Notes: a model not told the origin generated them from the sequence alone. A stretch of 62,874 nt of DNA, filler included, from 12 parts of 12 records of this genome joined end to end with filler, not necessarily neighbours in it, one strand, 5' to 3'; counted from the first letter of the whole stretch, positions 31,178-42,374 are shown. Translations and numbers: made by a program.

Positions 31178-33064
31178 ATGGCGCTGAGCTGGTACATCGG
31201 GAGGGACTTCGTGCGGCGGTGGGGCCGCTATGGAGTGGCGGTGGCACTCGCGGCGGCGGCGCTGCTCTACCGCGCTATGCGCCGGAGGAGGCTCGCAGGG
31301 GATGGCGGCGGCGGCGGCGGCGCCGAGCAGGCAGAGCAAGCGATTCGGGACAGCTACGGCTTCGCGCTGCCCGTCGCTGCTAGCGATGGCGGTAGCACAG
31401 GGGGCGCTTCGTACGCTGCACGTGCGCCTACCGCCGGGAAAGCCACGGTGGTGTCCTTCGCGGAGGACCCCCCCATCAACTACACCCGCGGCAGACCGAT
31501 GGCCACCGGCTACGCGCCGACCGTTAGCACGCACGGCATCCCGACCGAAGTGTCGCTAAACATGCTCACTAACGATTCATCGCGCGCAGTGCGAAAGACG
31601 AAAATCATCTGCACACTTGGTCCGGCGTGCTGGTCTGCGGAGGGACTCGCCGACCTGCTGGACGCCGGCTGCAACATCGGGCGTTTGAACTTTTCACACG
31701 GCGATCACGCTGGGCACCAAGAGGTTCTCGACCGCTTCCGCGCAGCGTGTGCTCAGAAAGGGAGCACCGCCGCAGTACTGGTCGACACAAAAGGCCCCGA
31801 GATTCGCACTGCTATGCTCAAAGATGGCAAGGATATCGAGCTCGAGGCTGGCCAGGAGGTGACTGTGTTCGCAGCGGGGGACAGCTACACCAGTTTCGAG
31901 GGCTACAAGGATCCTGCGACCGGCAAGACCGTAATCGGCTGCTCGTACGCTGCCCTGGCGTCCACGGTAAAACCTGGCGACCGCATGCTGTTCGCCGACG
32001 GGAGCGTCGTGTTCCTGGTGGAAGAGATTTTGGACGACAAGAACGTGCGGTGCACCTGCCTCAACGCAAAAACGCTCGGGCAGCGCAAGAACGGCAACCT
32101 GCCTGGCGTGAAAGTCGACCTGCCGGTGCTCATGGAGAAGGACATCAACGACTTGCAGAATTTTGCGTGCAAGAATAAGGTGGATTTTGTGGCAATCTCT
32201 TTCGTGCAAACGGGTGAAGACGTGCAATTTGTGCGGCGCGTCTTGGATCAGGCTGGAGGGCAGCGCATAAAGATCATCGTCAAAATCGAGAACGAGGCCG
32301 GAGTCACCAACTTTGACGACATCCTGAAGTACACCGATGGCGTCATGGTGGCTCGCGGCGACTTGGGCATGGAAATGCCCGCTGAGAAGATTCCGTTGGC
32401 GCAGAAGTGGATGATCACCAAGTGCAATCAGGCTGGCAAGTTTTGTGTCACAGCAACGCAAATGCTCGAGTCGATGACTGGCAACCCTCTGCCAACTCGA
32501 GCGGAGATGACTGATGTCGCAAACGCAGTCTTCGACGGCAGCGACTGCACCATGCTCTCTGGTGAGACTGCCGGTGGGGCAGATCCGAGCAACGCATGCG
32601 CAACGATGGCGAGAATTGCAGCGACCGCTGAGCTAGCATGTGACTACTCAGCATACTCGAGAGAGATCTCTTCCAAGATGGCAGCGCGGTCCAAATCTGA
32701 AACGGTCGGCTTAGAGGTAGCGACGATGGCGCGTGATTCCAGTATCTCGTTGGTGGTAGCTCTGACTGACCAAGAGGACGTCGTTAAGGCAATCGCAGCG
32801 TGCCGGCCGCCGGCGCCGGTGGTGGTCATGACGGCTAGCGCAGAGCTTGCGCGATTTGCAGGGTGCTTGTTCGGCGTCTTCCCCTACGTTGTCGCCAATC
32901 GCAATGCAGCTACGGTAACTGCAGGCTTAGAGGCCGCTCGTGGACTCGGTCTAACAGCTGCGGGCCAGGGCAACGGATTGGGACCAGACTACCGACGGGC
33001 CAGCGCGAGCTCCGCAGTTGTGCTCGACCAGAATCTGTCGGTATCTGTGCACCGATTTCGCTAG
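31178..33064 (+). CDS. PYK: Pyruvate kinase with N-terminal signal-anchor extension, intronless
   Basis: RKTKIICTLGP, RLNFSHG, DTKGPEIRT, KIENEAG, MVARGDLGME, ATQMLESM and DCTMLSGETA motifs. Confidence 0.96.
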   Translation: MALSWYIGRDFVRRWGRYGVAVALAAAALLYRAMRRRRLAGDGGGGGGAEQAEQAIRDSYGFALPVAASDGGSTGGASYAARAPTAGKATVVSFAEDPPINYTRGRPMATGYAPTVSTHGIPTEVSLNMLTNDSSRAVRKTKIICTLGPACWSAEGLADLLDAGCNIGRLNFSHGDHAGHQEVLDRFRAACAQKGSTAAVLVDTKGPEIRTAMLKDGKDIELEAGQEVTVFAAGDSYTSFEGYKDPATGKTVIGCSYAALASTVKPGDRMLFADGSVVFLVEEILDDKNVRCTCLNAKTLGQRKNGNLPGVKVDLPVLMEKDINDLQNFACKNKVDFVAISFVQTGEDVQFVRRVLDQAGGQRIKIIVKIENEAGVTNFDDILKYTDGVMVARGDLGMEMPAEKIPLAQKWMITKCNQAGKFCVTATQMLESMTGNPLPTRAEMTDVANAVFDGSDCTMLSGETAGGADPSNACATMARIAATAELACDYSAYSREISSKMAARSKSETVGLEVATMARDSSISLVVALTDQEDVVKAIAACRPPAPVVVMTASAELARFAGCLFGVFPYVVANRNAATVTAGLEAARGLGLTAAGQGNGLGPDYRRASASSAVVLDQNLSVSVHRFR

Positions 33065-33528
33065 CTTTGCAACAGTTGAGCGGGAGATCACGCTTCTGCG
33101 TGCACTCAGGCTTCGAGGAACTGACTTGGCAACTACTGTGTGATTTGACGGCGGGCAACGAAGCCAAATTTACGTTCTATCTTGGACGACACATCGAACG
33201 AATGCCGGGCAGTCAAGTATACCCAAAGTACTCACAACGTAGCTCAATTCAATTATCTGCGCCCCAGTAGACCCCTCTTCCCCTTCCAGTCGCTAGCAGG
33301 CGACGATGAATCCATAATCGTGATTTTATCATTAATACGTGCACCGAAAGCTGTCAGCTGACAATATCGACTTTAACGTGCAGTTGTCCAGCTCTCAATT
33401 CCCCAGACCCTCTCGCACCAGCGTTCACTCGCACGTACGTCCTTGTTCACTTGAGTTATCGTGCCAGACCAAACCACACCTTGTGCGGTTCGTCCAGCTA
33501 GAAACGGGTCGGCGGTTGCCCCTTCAAA

Positions 33529-34569
33529 CTATCGTACACACCCCAGTTTCCAACAGCAAGCAGATTTGGCAGTCAGAACGCCAACGATCCTAGCAGCGGC
33601 CAAATACATGGACTGGAACGGCGAAATCCGATTCAACTGGTCGCTAGGGGCTCCGATAAAAACAGCACTGCAGAATGGACAATTCAGAAGGTAACGGCGC
33701 ACCGTCGGCATCGAGTTGCCTACTTTCCAAGGAAAAGTTGATGCTCGGATGATGAAAGGTGCCGCTGTGGAGCCATCCCGCACGGCATAGCTGCATTCCA
33801 GGTTGACCAGCTGCTCTGCCTCGGCACGTCTGCCTGCCCTTAGGCTTGCGCTGAGATGCGCGGATAGCGGGCTATTGTCGAAGGCGTCCATATCAATCTC
33901 ACTCTCAAATCTGCCGCGTGTGAAACACGCGTGGTCACCCGTGCACACGTACTGCACGATGGCACCCGGTGCTCGTCCATCCTCGCTGAGCAGCACGAGC
34001 GATGCAGCGACGCCAGCGGAACCCGGCTGCAAGCGCCAGTCCTCAACGTACGCACCAGAGGGAGCAAACTCAAGGCAGCAGTCGCCCACTCGCCTCATTT
34101 CACCCAGTTCGGGAAATTTCTGATCGGTCGGGAGCCCTGTGGACCACTCGTCTTCATACCAGTCGTTCACAGCCGTGAGGGCTTTCGCTGGCGCGCCCAT
34201 CGACACGGGCTGGGACCCTACAGCGCGGCAGCGCCCTGTCCAACCGTCCGCTTCAGCGAGCACCAGCAGCTCAGCGGGCGAACTGTGCTGCAACGACGCT
34301 GGTGGGCGTCCTGCGCCACGATCGGCGTCCGGATGTCCGGGGTGCCGCTCAGGCAACCTGATGTCAGCACAGCGCGATGAGGTTTGCAGCCAGACCACGA
34401 AGGTGGTGTCGTCACGCAGCGGGAACCGGTTGCCGCCGTACAGTTCTTCTGCAAAGGTGATAATTTCGCGCCTCCAGCACCCCATCTGCCACTCAGGGAC
34501 AGTCAGCTCGCCCACGTCCTCCCTGAAGGTCGCAATGCCGTCCAATCCACTACCTGCTCCGTTCAACAT
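33529..34569 (-). CDS. Uncharacterised protein, HRI1-like / bacterial-type hypothetical family
   Basis: GCWRR..DDTTFVVWLQT..ADIRLP..EFAPSGAYVEDW..ECSY..STFPW pattern recalled from memory. A GTGCGC donor near 33700 means the true C-terminus may differ. Confidence 0.55.
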   Translation of the reverse strand: MLNGAGSGLDGIATFREDVGELTVPEWQMGCWRREIITFAEELYGGNRFPLRDDTTFVVWLQTSSRCADIRLPERHPGHPDADRGAGRPPASLQHSSPAELLVLAEADGWTGRCRAVGSQPVSMGAPAKALTAVNDWYEDEWSTGLPTDQKFPELGEMRRVGDCCLEFAPSGAYVEDWRLQPGSAGVAASLVLLSEDGRAPGAIVQYVCTGDHACFTRGRFESEIDMDAFDNSPLSAHLSASLRAGRRAEAEQLVNLECSYAVRDGSTAAPFIIRASTFPWKVGNSMPTVRRYLLNCPFCSAVFIGAPSDQLNRISPFQSMYLAAARIVGVLTAKSACCWKLGCVR

Positions 34570-34678
34570 AAGTCGGTAAACGTCCGGGTGATATTCTGCG
34601 TGGAATTCTGGTCAAGACTCGCCCGTCTCTGGGCGTTTTGAACCATCTAGTCGATCCGTCCCGTACTGTGTACGACGT

Positions 34679-34778
34679 NNNNNNNNNNNNNNNNNNNNNN
34701 NNNNNNNNNNNNNNNNNNNNNNTTAATTAATTAANNNNNNNNNNNNNNNNNNNNNNNNNNNNNNNNNNNNNNNNNNNN
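34679..34778. other. Artificial contig spacer
   Basis: N44-TTAATTAATTAA-N44. Confidence 0.99.
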
Positions 34779-34873
34779 GACCTTACCGACACTTTAAGAT
34801 CCGGTGTGTGCGTGCGCGCCCAGCACCGCGCCCCGGCGCGCGCCACGCGCCGGTCAGCGGGGGGGGGCACGAA

Positions 34874-35693
34874 ATGATGGGAGGGCAGGCGGGCGCTGCC
34901 ACCGCGTTGCTCTTGCTGTGCGTCTTGCGTGTAGGCCACGGCCACCTCGGCACGGCTCCAGGGCGCTTCTTCGCGCCTCCGCCGCCGATTCCAGTCAACC
35001 TGCGCAGCAACGCGTCTTGTGCGACAACCTTCGCGCTGAATGGCTCCAAGTATGACGTGTCGTCGCTCCAGGTTGACGTCGGTGGTTGGGTCGCGGAGAA
35101 CAGCGTCGACAAGTTCTCCTGTGCGCAATATTGATCGGATTCGATGTCTGCCTGTGGCCGCAGCGTGCCCCACAGTACTGAATACGAACTCTTAACAGGC
35201 CGTCTGTTGTGGCAGACTGCATCAACGTGTGCGCGGTGGTGACGTCCGAACGCAATTGCATCTGTTACCCATGTGGCGCCACCGAGTACCCCTCGTCGCA
35301 GGTCGACAAGGACCCGGTGAAGGGGGAGACCTGCGAAAGCTGTGCGGATGCCCCGCAGTGCTATCTTGCCCCACATGCACCTGTCAGCTGACACGCACCC
35401 GGCTCCCCCACGCAGATCTCGGCGAGCTGCAGAGCAGTACGTGGTCGACCAACACCGACCCAGAGAAGCCCGGCATTACGCTCGCGTACGGTGATGGGCA
35501 ACAAGGGAAGTCAACTGAACTAATGCTCGTCTGCGATCCGGCCGTCAGTGGACTTGACAATGGCCCGTCGTTTATCGGACACGGTCCCAGCGCTAGAGCG
35601 ATTGCGACGGAGACTCAAGCAAGAGGCGACGTCTTCCGATTCGAGTGGGTGACCAGTGCAGGCTGCCCGCTCAACGCTACCGCGCTGCGGTAG
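34874..35693 (+). CDS. Secreted single MRH (mannose-6-phosphate receptor homology) domain protein; exons 34874-35120, 35216-35341, 35416-35693
   Basis: Signal peptide; YDVSSL..YCINVC..YLG..GITLAYGDG..STELMLVCDP..FRFEWVTSAGCP is the MRH/ATG27 pattern. Introns are GT-AG and preserve frame. Confidence 0.8.
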
Positions 35694-36375
35694 CTGCATC
35701 GGTGTGAAGTACTCAAAATATCACTCGCTAGTTTACTCGCCCACTTTCTCCAGGCAACGCCACCGACCTTGGCCCCGCTGTGCGGACCTAATAGTGATAG
35801 TGAGCTGTGTCGTACTGTAGTCTCGAATGCGTGGCGGCGACCGCATGGGCCGAGGCACAGAAAAAGGTAACACGGTGCGCGGAGTTTTGCGCGGAGTTTT
35901 GCTACATCTGCCTGGCAGTGCCTGGCGTGTGAGCTGTGGCCTTTTTCAGCTGTACCTTTTCAGTTTCTGGCAGTACAGTCCTGTGCCTAGGCTGGCTTAC
36001 CGAAAAATGTGTGTGGGAGATGGCCTTACTGAAAGCTCTTCGCGGCTCTCCTTACGCACAGCATGGCACATGCCATGGCCGAGCTGTTCGTATCGTGTCT
36101 ACAGGCAGGTGTTGTACATGTGTGACTACAACACCGAATGCCTCAATTGTACTTAAGCATCATTACCGTGAAATTTCGTTTCACCTTGGCTGTGTCGATT
36201 GGTGTTGACCTGTAGACACTCTCAACAACTACGAGGCAGGCCGTTAACAGTTTGTTTTCGCACACAGGAATGCGGGGAGCGGAGGGGAGGAGGGGGCCAG
36301 AGAGACGGGGAATATTAAACACACATGTTGATGAATCTACACTGACTTCGCGGACGGGACCTTAGCCGTCTTTAC

Positions 36376-38742
36376 CTAGTCCTCGGCCTTCTCGTCTCCT
36401 GCGGCGGCCGCACCGGCCTGCTCTTCCTCACCAAGCTTCTTCTTGGCCTCAGCAGCCTCATCAACTGTAGCATCTTCACGGATCATTGCGAGCATTACCT
36501 TAGCGAGCGGATGGTTGGCATAGGTGCAGCAGATCTTCTGGATACCCAGCAGCGGGACACTCAGGACAGCTCCGAGCAGACCCCACATGGCGCTCCAGAG
36601 CACGAGAGCGAAAAGGATAGACATAGGCGTCATGTTCAGCAGTTTGCCGAACATGACTGGCTCAAGGGCGTTGCCCACGTAGCCCTGCACGAGACCCGGA
36701 CCGGCAAAAGCGCCGATCTTCTGCCACATTTCGAGGTTGTCGTCGACCAGAACAATAGGCATTGGAAGGAACATTGCGATCATGGAGCCTACGTTGGGGA
36801 TGTAGTTGAGCAAGAACGACAGGAGACCGAACATGACAGCCAGCTTGACCTGCAGAGCGAGGAGGATCACGGCGACGATAGCACCGGTTAGGGCAGAGAG
36901 AGCTGTCTTCAGGCCGATGTAGCCCGTGGTCATCGACTCGATCTCCTGCAGCATGCCTTCGCCTTCTCCGAACATCTTTTTCTCCACCTTCTCGCTGAGG
37001 ATGTACAGTGTCAACAAGAAGATCAGCGCGAACTGATTGAAAAAGTCGCCAAATGACCCGATGATAGCAGAGAGCTCAGCTTCGGTGTAGCGAGGGTCTT
37101 GCTCGCGCAGAACCTTAACGCCGCTTGCGTTCAGCTCCGAGTATACGTCGTCCACCATCCCGTTGAGCTTTTCCATGAATTCCGGGTCCCCAAACACCGC
37201 CCCGAGCTCGACGGCAACAAGAACAGCGACCGCAGCGAAGCCAGCGAACACCACGACGAGAGTACCCAGCACACCAACGCCTGGCCCAAGGCCGAGCTTG
37301 TGGTTGAAGAAGTCCATGATCGGCCCGAACAGGAACGTGCAGAAGTACGAGATGGTAAGTGGCACCAGCATAAAGTTGAAGTAGATCAGCCCCGCCAGGA
37401 TGACGCCGCCAGAAGTCAAGAGGAGGCCAGTGTTCGCCGCCCAGAGGACTTCGCCACGGCCCCACATGCGTGTGCCCAGTGAACCAACCTGGATCTGGTC
37501 CATGACATCAAGCTGCTCTGGCTGGATGTGTTTCACCATTGTGGGCACAAACTCGTCGAAATCAATCTGACCGTCGTCATTTTCGTCCATTTCCAAGAAC
37601 ATCTCCTGCAGCTCGTCCTCTTCGACTTCGATGTTGAGCATCTTCAACATGTCAGTGAACTGACGGTGACCTAGGTACCCAATGTGCTGCGGGTCAGCCA
37701 TTGCGAATAGTTCCTTGAACTTATCAACCTCCTCTTCGCTCAGGCCCGCGCCATCCTTCAGATCCGGGAACTCGTAGCGCTTGTTCCAGATCTGGTGGCC
37801 ATAGACGGCGGGGTTCTCCTGCTTCTTCTTGCGGAACGCCTGCTTCTTTACCTTCATCATGTAGACGGCCGCCGCCTCTTGGTCTGGCACAAGATCTAGC
37901 AATCCGAGGCCACGCACGACCCCAGCAAGCTCATCCTTGTCGATGGTGCCGTTGCCGTTTGTATCGTACTTCTGGAACGACTCTTCCAGCAGAGCCGGCT
38001 CTTCGATCGGCGGATCCAAGTTGCGCAGGTACTTCTTGAACTCATCCGCAGTGAGGCAAAGGTCGTGGTCTTTGTCGATCATGGCGAAGAGAGCGAAGCA
38101 CCGCGCGCGGAACTCGTCGTCGTCGTCGATATAGCGGTCGGGGTTGTAGGCCACCGTCTTTTCTTCGCCCTGCGCGTCAATTTCGGTCACCTCTTCGAGC
38201 AGGTCGAACTGAGCCATGATCCCCTTCAGCAGTCCTCTGAAGAACAGCACGGTGTCAGTTGGAGCTGGCCTCAGGCACTACGTGGTTTAGCATATATTCT
38301 CGCCGGGGCATCTTCGCAGATCTAGTACGGTTTGGAGTACGCACCCGCCGGCCACGACGTTGTCTTCCCAGTACTTCTTGAACTCGTCGAAGTCCACCTG
38401 CCCGTCTCCGCTCGGGTCGAGCTCAGTCATCGCGGCGTCCAGCTCCGCCTCGGTAAATGTTTGCCCGGCCATCTCAACCAGCGAGCGGACTTCCTCCCGG
38501 TCGAGCGTACCGCTCCCATCCTACGCGGTCCACAGCAACGATCATCAGCAGCCAGCCCAGCACGCGGGCCCTGGAACAGCACACGGCCGAGACACGTACT
38601 CCCGAAGCGCGCGGGGCTGCGTGTGGTGTCGTGAAGGGCGCCCCCCCTCGGGGGGAGCGGGGGGAGGGGGAGAGGGGCTGGGACTGACCTCGTCGATCTG
38701 CTCGAACGCCTCCTGCAGCGGGGTCTTCTTCTCATCCGCCAT
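36376..38742 (-). CDS. AI-2E (PerM/TqsA) family transporter with six N-terminal EF-hands; exons 38742-38689, 38520-38345, 38236-36376
   Basis: YIGLKT, FGLLSFLLNYIPNVGS, GNALEPVMFG and WSAMWGLLGAVLSVPL are AI-2E motifs. EF loops DEDGSGTLDREE, DPSGDGQVDFDE, DKDHDLCLTADE, DTNGNGTIDKDE, DPQHIGYLGHRQ (degenerate) and DENDDGQIDFDE. Confidence 0.88.
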
Positions 38743-39220
38743 CGCCGACCCGCCCACTCAAACACACACCACCTCTACTGCCCACAGGGCCGCAGAGGAC
38801 ACTGCCCTCCACACCCGAACACACGCGCCGAGTCCAGCTCTGCGGCCACTGCAACTTCCTCCCGTTTTCCCTGTGAGACACGAGACAGCACCAGCAGCAC
38901 AAGCCTCAGCGGGGGAAATCACCTCAACCCTGCACCCACAGCCCGTGCCGCCCCGCCCCCCTCCCTTCCAAGCAAGCAACGCCTGCCCTACAAGCCTCCC
39001 TTTACCCCCCTCCCCCTCCCCCGTCTCCCGAAGCTCTCCCGTCCTCACACACCCCTGTTTGGCTTAGCGCCCCACACGGCAGTCGTACGTAGCAGCACGG
39101 TGCACAACGCCCCTGACCCGCTGAGCGGGACAACACTAGCTTCGCGGCGTACCACACCTCCCCCTTCCAACCTTCCTGCGAATACCCCACACACACCCCT
39201 CCCCCAACCCACCCTCCCCT

Positions 39221-39320
39221 NNNNNNNNNNNNNNNNNNNNNNNNNNNNNNNNNNNNNNNNNNNNTTAATTAATTAANNNNNNNNNNNNNNNNNNNNNNNN
39301 NNNNNNNNNNNNNNNNNNNN
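39221..39320. other. Artificial contig spacer
   Basis: N44-TTAATTAATTAA-N44. Confidence 0.99.
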
Positions 39321-39456
39321 TCGTCCGAATTTTAGATCCATGACACCCTCCAGCTGGTTCTTCGATGAACGAGCGAGGAGACTCTCTCGTCTCACGAAGA
39401 CGAACACATCCCGAGTTCTAGAGAGTGTGGAATGCCTGGCGAGAGATTGATTGATC

Positions 39457-39509
39457 AAGGGGATACTCTCAGAGACCGATGGATCAATGGGATCTGAGAG
39501 TATCCCCTT
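39457..39509. repeat. Perfect 17-bp inverted repeat with 19-nt loop
   Basis: AAGGGGATACTCTCAGA (39457-39473) / TCTGAGAGTATCCCCTT (39493-39509). Confidence 0.9.
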
Positions 39510-39766
39510 CCAGTGGGGATGGGGGGATCGATCAAGAGTGGAGAGAGTCCTCAGAGAGCCTCGACGGCAAAGAGCGAGCGATCGAAGCCGCCCTTGCCCT
39601 TGCCCCCCTATACGCTAGAGGCGGGCTCGGGGGCTACGCTTTACGCTACTGCACTGCACTGTACTGTGCACATACTGGACTGGAGGCCGTCCACCCGGGG
39701 CAAGGGGCTAGGGAGGCTTGGGGCGGCGCTTGGTTGGTCTATGCAGGGGGCGCTTGTTGCGGTTGA

Positions 39767-42041
39767 ATGAGCGCTATTAGTGAAGGCGTGCCCCCGAGCA
39801 AGCGACAGATGGCGGCAGCCGCCAAGACCAAGGCGAAGGACGCAAAGGGGGCCCCCGAGGAGGAGCCGCCAATCGATATCTGGCAGGACTGTTTGCGGAA
39901 GTTTGACGAGGACTCCGTGGTCGCGCAGCCGGGCGACGAGGAGGAGGGGGTGAGCGCGGTGGGGAGCAACGAGCCCTACACGCTGCTGGTGCTGGGGGAT
40001 ACCGACGCGGGGAAATGGACGCTGGCGAACCACCTGCGCAAGGTCAGCGGGAAGAAGACCCTCCCCAAGAAACTTCCGGGCGTGCCGCTCTCGTACACCT
40101 ACGTCGCGATAGAGGACGAGGACGGGCCTGCAGGTGCGCGCAGCAGCAGCAGTGCTTTCAAGCTCCTCTCTCCACCCACACCCCTCCGCTTCCCCCTCCC
40201 CGTTCCCTACTCTGATCTGGTCCTACTGTCTACTCTGCCTGTCTGGTCCTGATCTTCCGCTGCAGAGGGGTACCGGATGAACACATGGGTGCTCGATAAG
40301 CCCGAGGCGATGCCGCGCTTCCTGACGACTGCCTTGGCCTCCTCTGGCGGCTTCAACCAGGGCCAGGAAGCCGAGGAGCAGGATGAGGAGGATCTCGGAG
40401 AGGGCGAAGCCGAGCCCGAGCCAGAAGTGCAGGTCGTCGAGGAGACCGATGGCCGTGATGCGGCCACGTCGGCGCTGGACGACCCTGCACTCCTTGCACC
40501 GATGCTGGAACGCTCCGTCGCCATCATCTGCGTCGACCTGTCCAAACCTTGGAACGTCGCCCAGTCGCTGAACACATGGGTGAAAGCGGTGTCAGACGAG
40601 ACGAAAGCAGTGCTCGACAAGATCGACTCAGTGGATCGGAAGGCCGCCACCCGCGTCCGGGCGACGCTGAAAGAGCGAGTCCAGAAAGCCTCCTACACGC
40701 AGCCTCCGGCGGAGGGCGAGGAGGCCCCCGCGGATTCGGTATCTGCTGTGCAACGCCTGGCGGGCGACTCGATGGAGGAGCTCGGTTCCACGTACGAGGG
40801 TGTGCCACTGATAGTCGTGCCCTGCAAGTCAGACGAAATCAACGACTGGCCAGCAAAGCTCAACTTCCAGGACGCGCACATTGATTATGTCAAGGCGCAC
40901 TTGCGCAAGATCTGCTTGGGCTGTGGCGCGGGCTTGGTCTACACCTCTGCCAAGCAAGACACGAACATCGACAAGCTACGCTCTTACCTGCTCAGCCGTG
41001 TAGTGCCAGGTAAGGCGCCGCCTGCTCTTAACGACGAGGATACCGCGCTGGACCAGACGGCGACATTCGTACCGGCGGGCACGGACACAGTCAAGAAGAT
41101 CGACTCGCTGCTCGAGGTGATCTTCGGCACCCACCACCCGAAGAAACCAATGGCCTTGACTGGAGACACAAGTATGTACCCGAAGCTCGAGCAGCACATT
41201 ACTGCGGAGATCAAGCGACTCGCCCGTGAAGACGCGGAGTTGCAGCAATCATATGACAACGACGGGCAAGTGACTACCACTGCAATGCTGTCCGGCATCA
41301 AGAACTGGATGGCGCACTGCCTCGACGGCGGGATCATGAAGGAGACAGATGTGCCAGAACCGCTGACCACCGAGGTGAACCGTGTGCTGGGTGCGGGCCT
41401 GGCAACGGAGGACAAGGGGACCTATGTTCCCATGGCGGCCGAAGAGGCGGCAAAGCAGGATGGCAGCAAGACGATCAACGTAGAGGATTTCCTCACGAAG
41501 GTGCGAGGAGCAGCCAAAGAAATTACGGCGTTTGAGTGGGTTGTGATGGACCCGAACACCCGCGCAAAGGCGGTGGATACACGCGTGGAAGTTGTGGATG
41601 ATCAGGACTTCCTGGCGAAGGTCGCGAAGATGGAACCAGACAAAGAAGTCGCACGAGCGAGTGTGCGCTCCTTGCCAGCCGGTGTGTCCAGCCCGGCGCG
41701 GACGGCAGCCAAGAAAGCTGGCGGCGGTGGCGGCGGTGATGATCTCAAGACGGATGCAGCTGCCTTCTTCAGTGGTATCGCTGCCAAACCTGCGAAGGCC
41801 AGAAAGGTACGTGGCCCCTCTCGCCTCCGCTCCACTAGCTTAGGGAACCGAACGAATAATGCTCCCTGCAACTGACATACATTTGACTGCGTGATGTCGA
41901 CACTCCGCTGTTCTATGCCCTCACGGTGTGTATGCACAGCCGGCGACTGCTGCCAAGCGACCAGCCAAAGGGCCCGCCAAAGCCAAGATGGATTCTGCGG
42001 CTATGTTTGCTGCGATGGCAGCGAAGAAAGACAAGAAGTAG
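39767..42041 (+). CDS. DYNC1LI: Cytoplasmic dynein light intermediate chain; exons 39767(or 39809)-40133, 40266-41806, 41940-42041
   Basis: LLVLGDTDAGK, LSYTYV, VDLSKPWN, GVPLIVVPCKSD, HLRKICLGCGAGLVYTS and FVPAGTD..KI motifs; C-terminal AAAFFSGI helix. Confidence 0.85.
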
Positions 42042-42142
42042 ATGGCACCATGTAGAGTTGGCCTGGCTTCGTAGCCTGCCACTGAATGCACGCAGTTCAA
42101 CCTTACCGTGCATGCTTGGTTAAAGTCGGAAAAACTCGGTCA

Positions 42143-42224
42143 CTAGGGCCTAGGGCATCGGTCTGCACACGTTGCAAAATTCGCTAAAACTGGCCGCAAC
42201 ATAGACCGATGCCCTAGGCTCTAG
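42143..42224. repeat. 82-bp element with 22-bp terminal inverted repeats (MITE-like hairpin)
   Basis: CTAGGGCCTAGGGCATCGGTCT (42143-42164) / AGACCGATGCCCTAGGCTCTAG (42203-42224), one mismatch. Confidence 0.8.
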
Positions 42225-42352
42225 ACCCTACACCCTAGTGGCGCCAGCCTCTGCCCTGCGAACGATCATCTTGAGATAGGTGGCCAAAAACAGGACACTT
42301 GGATCGTCCAACACTTGGTGGGCCCTCCGAACCTCCGATCGTAATGATGACA

Positions 42353-42374
42353 CCGGGCATAAGGGCCTTATGCC
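42353..42374. repeat. Palindrome CCGGGCATAAGG-G-CCTTATGCC, cut by the contig end
   Basis: 9-bp arms GGCATAAGG/CCTTATGCC; related to 46043-46068. Confidence 0.8.
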
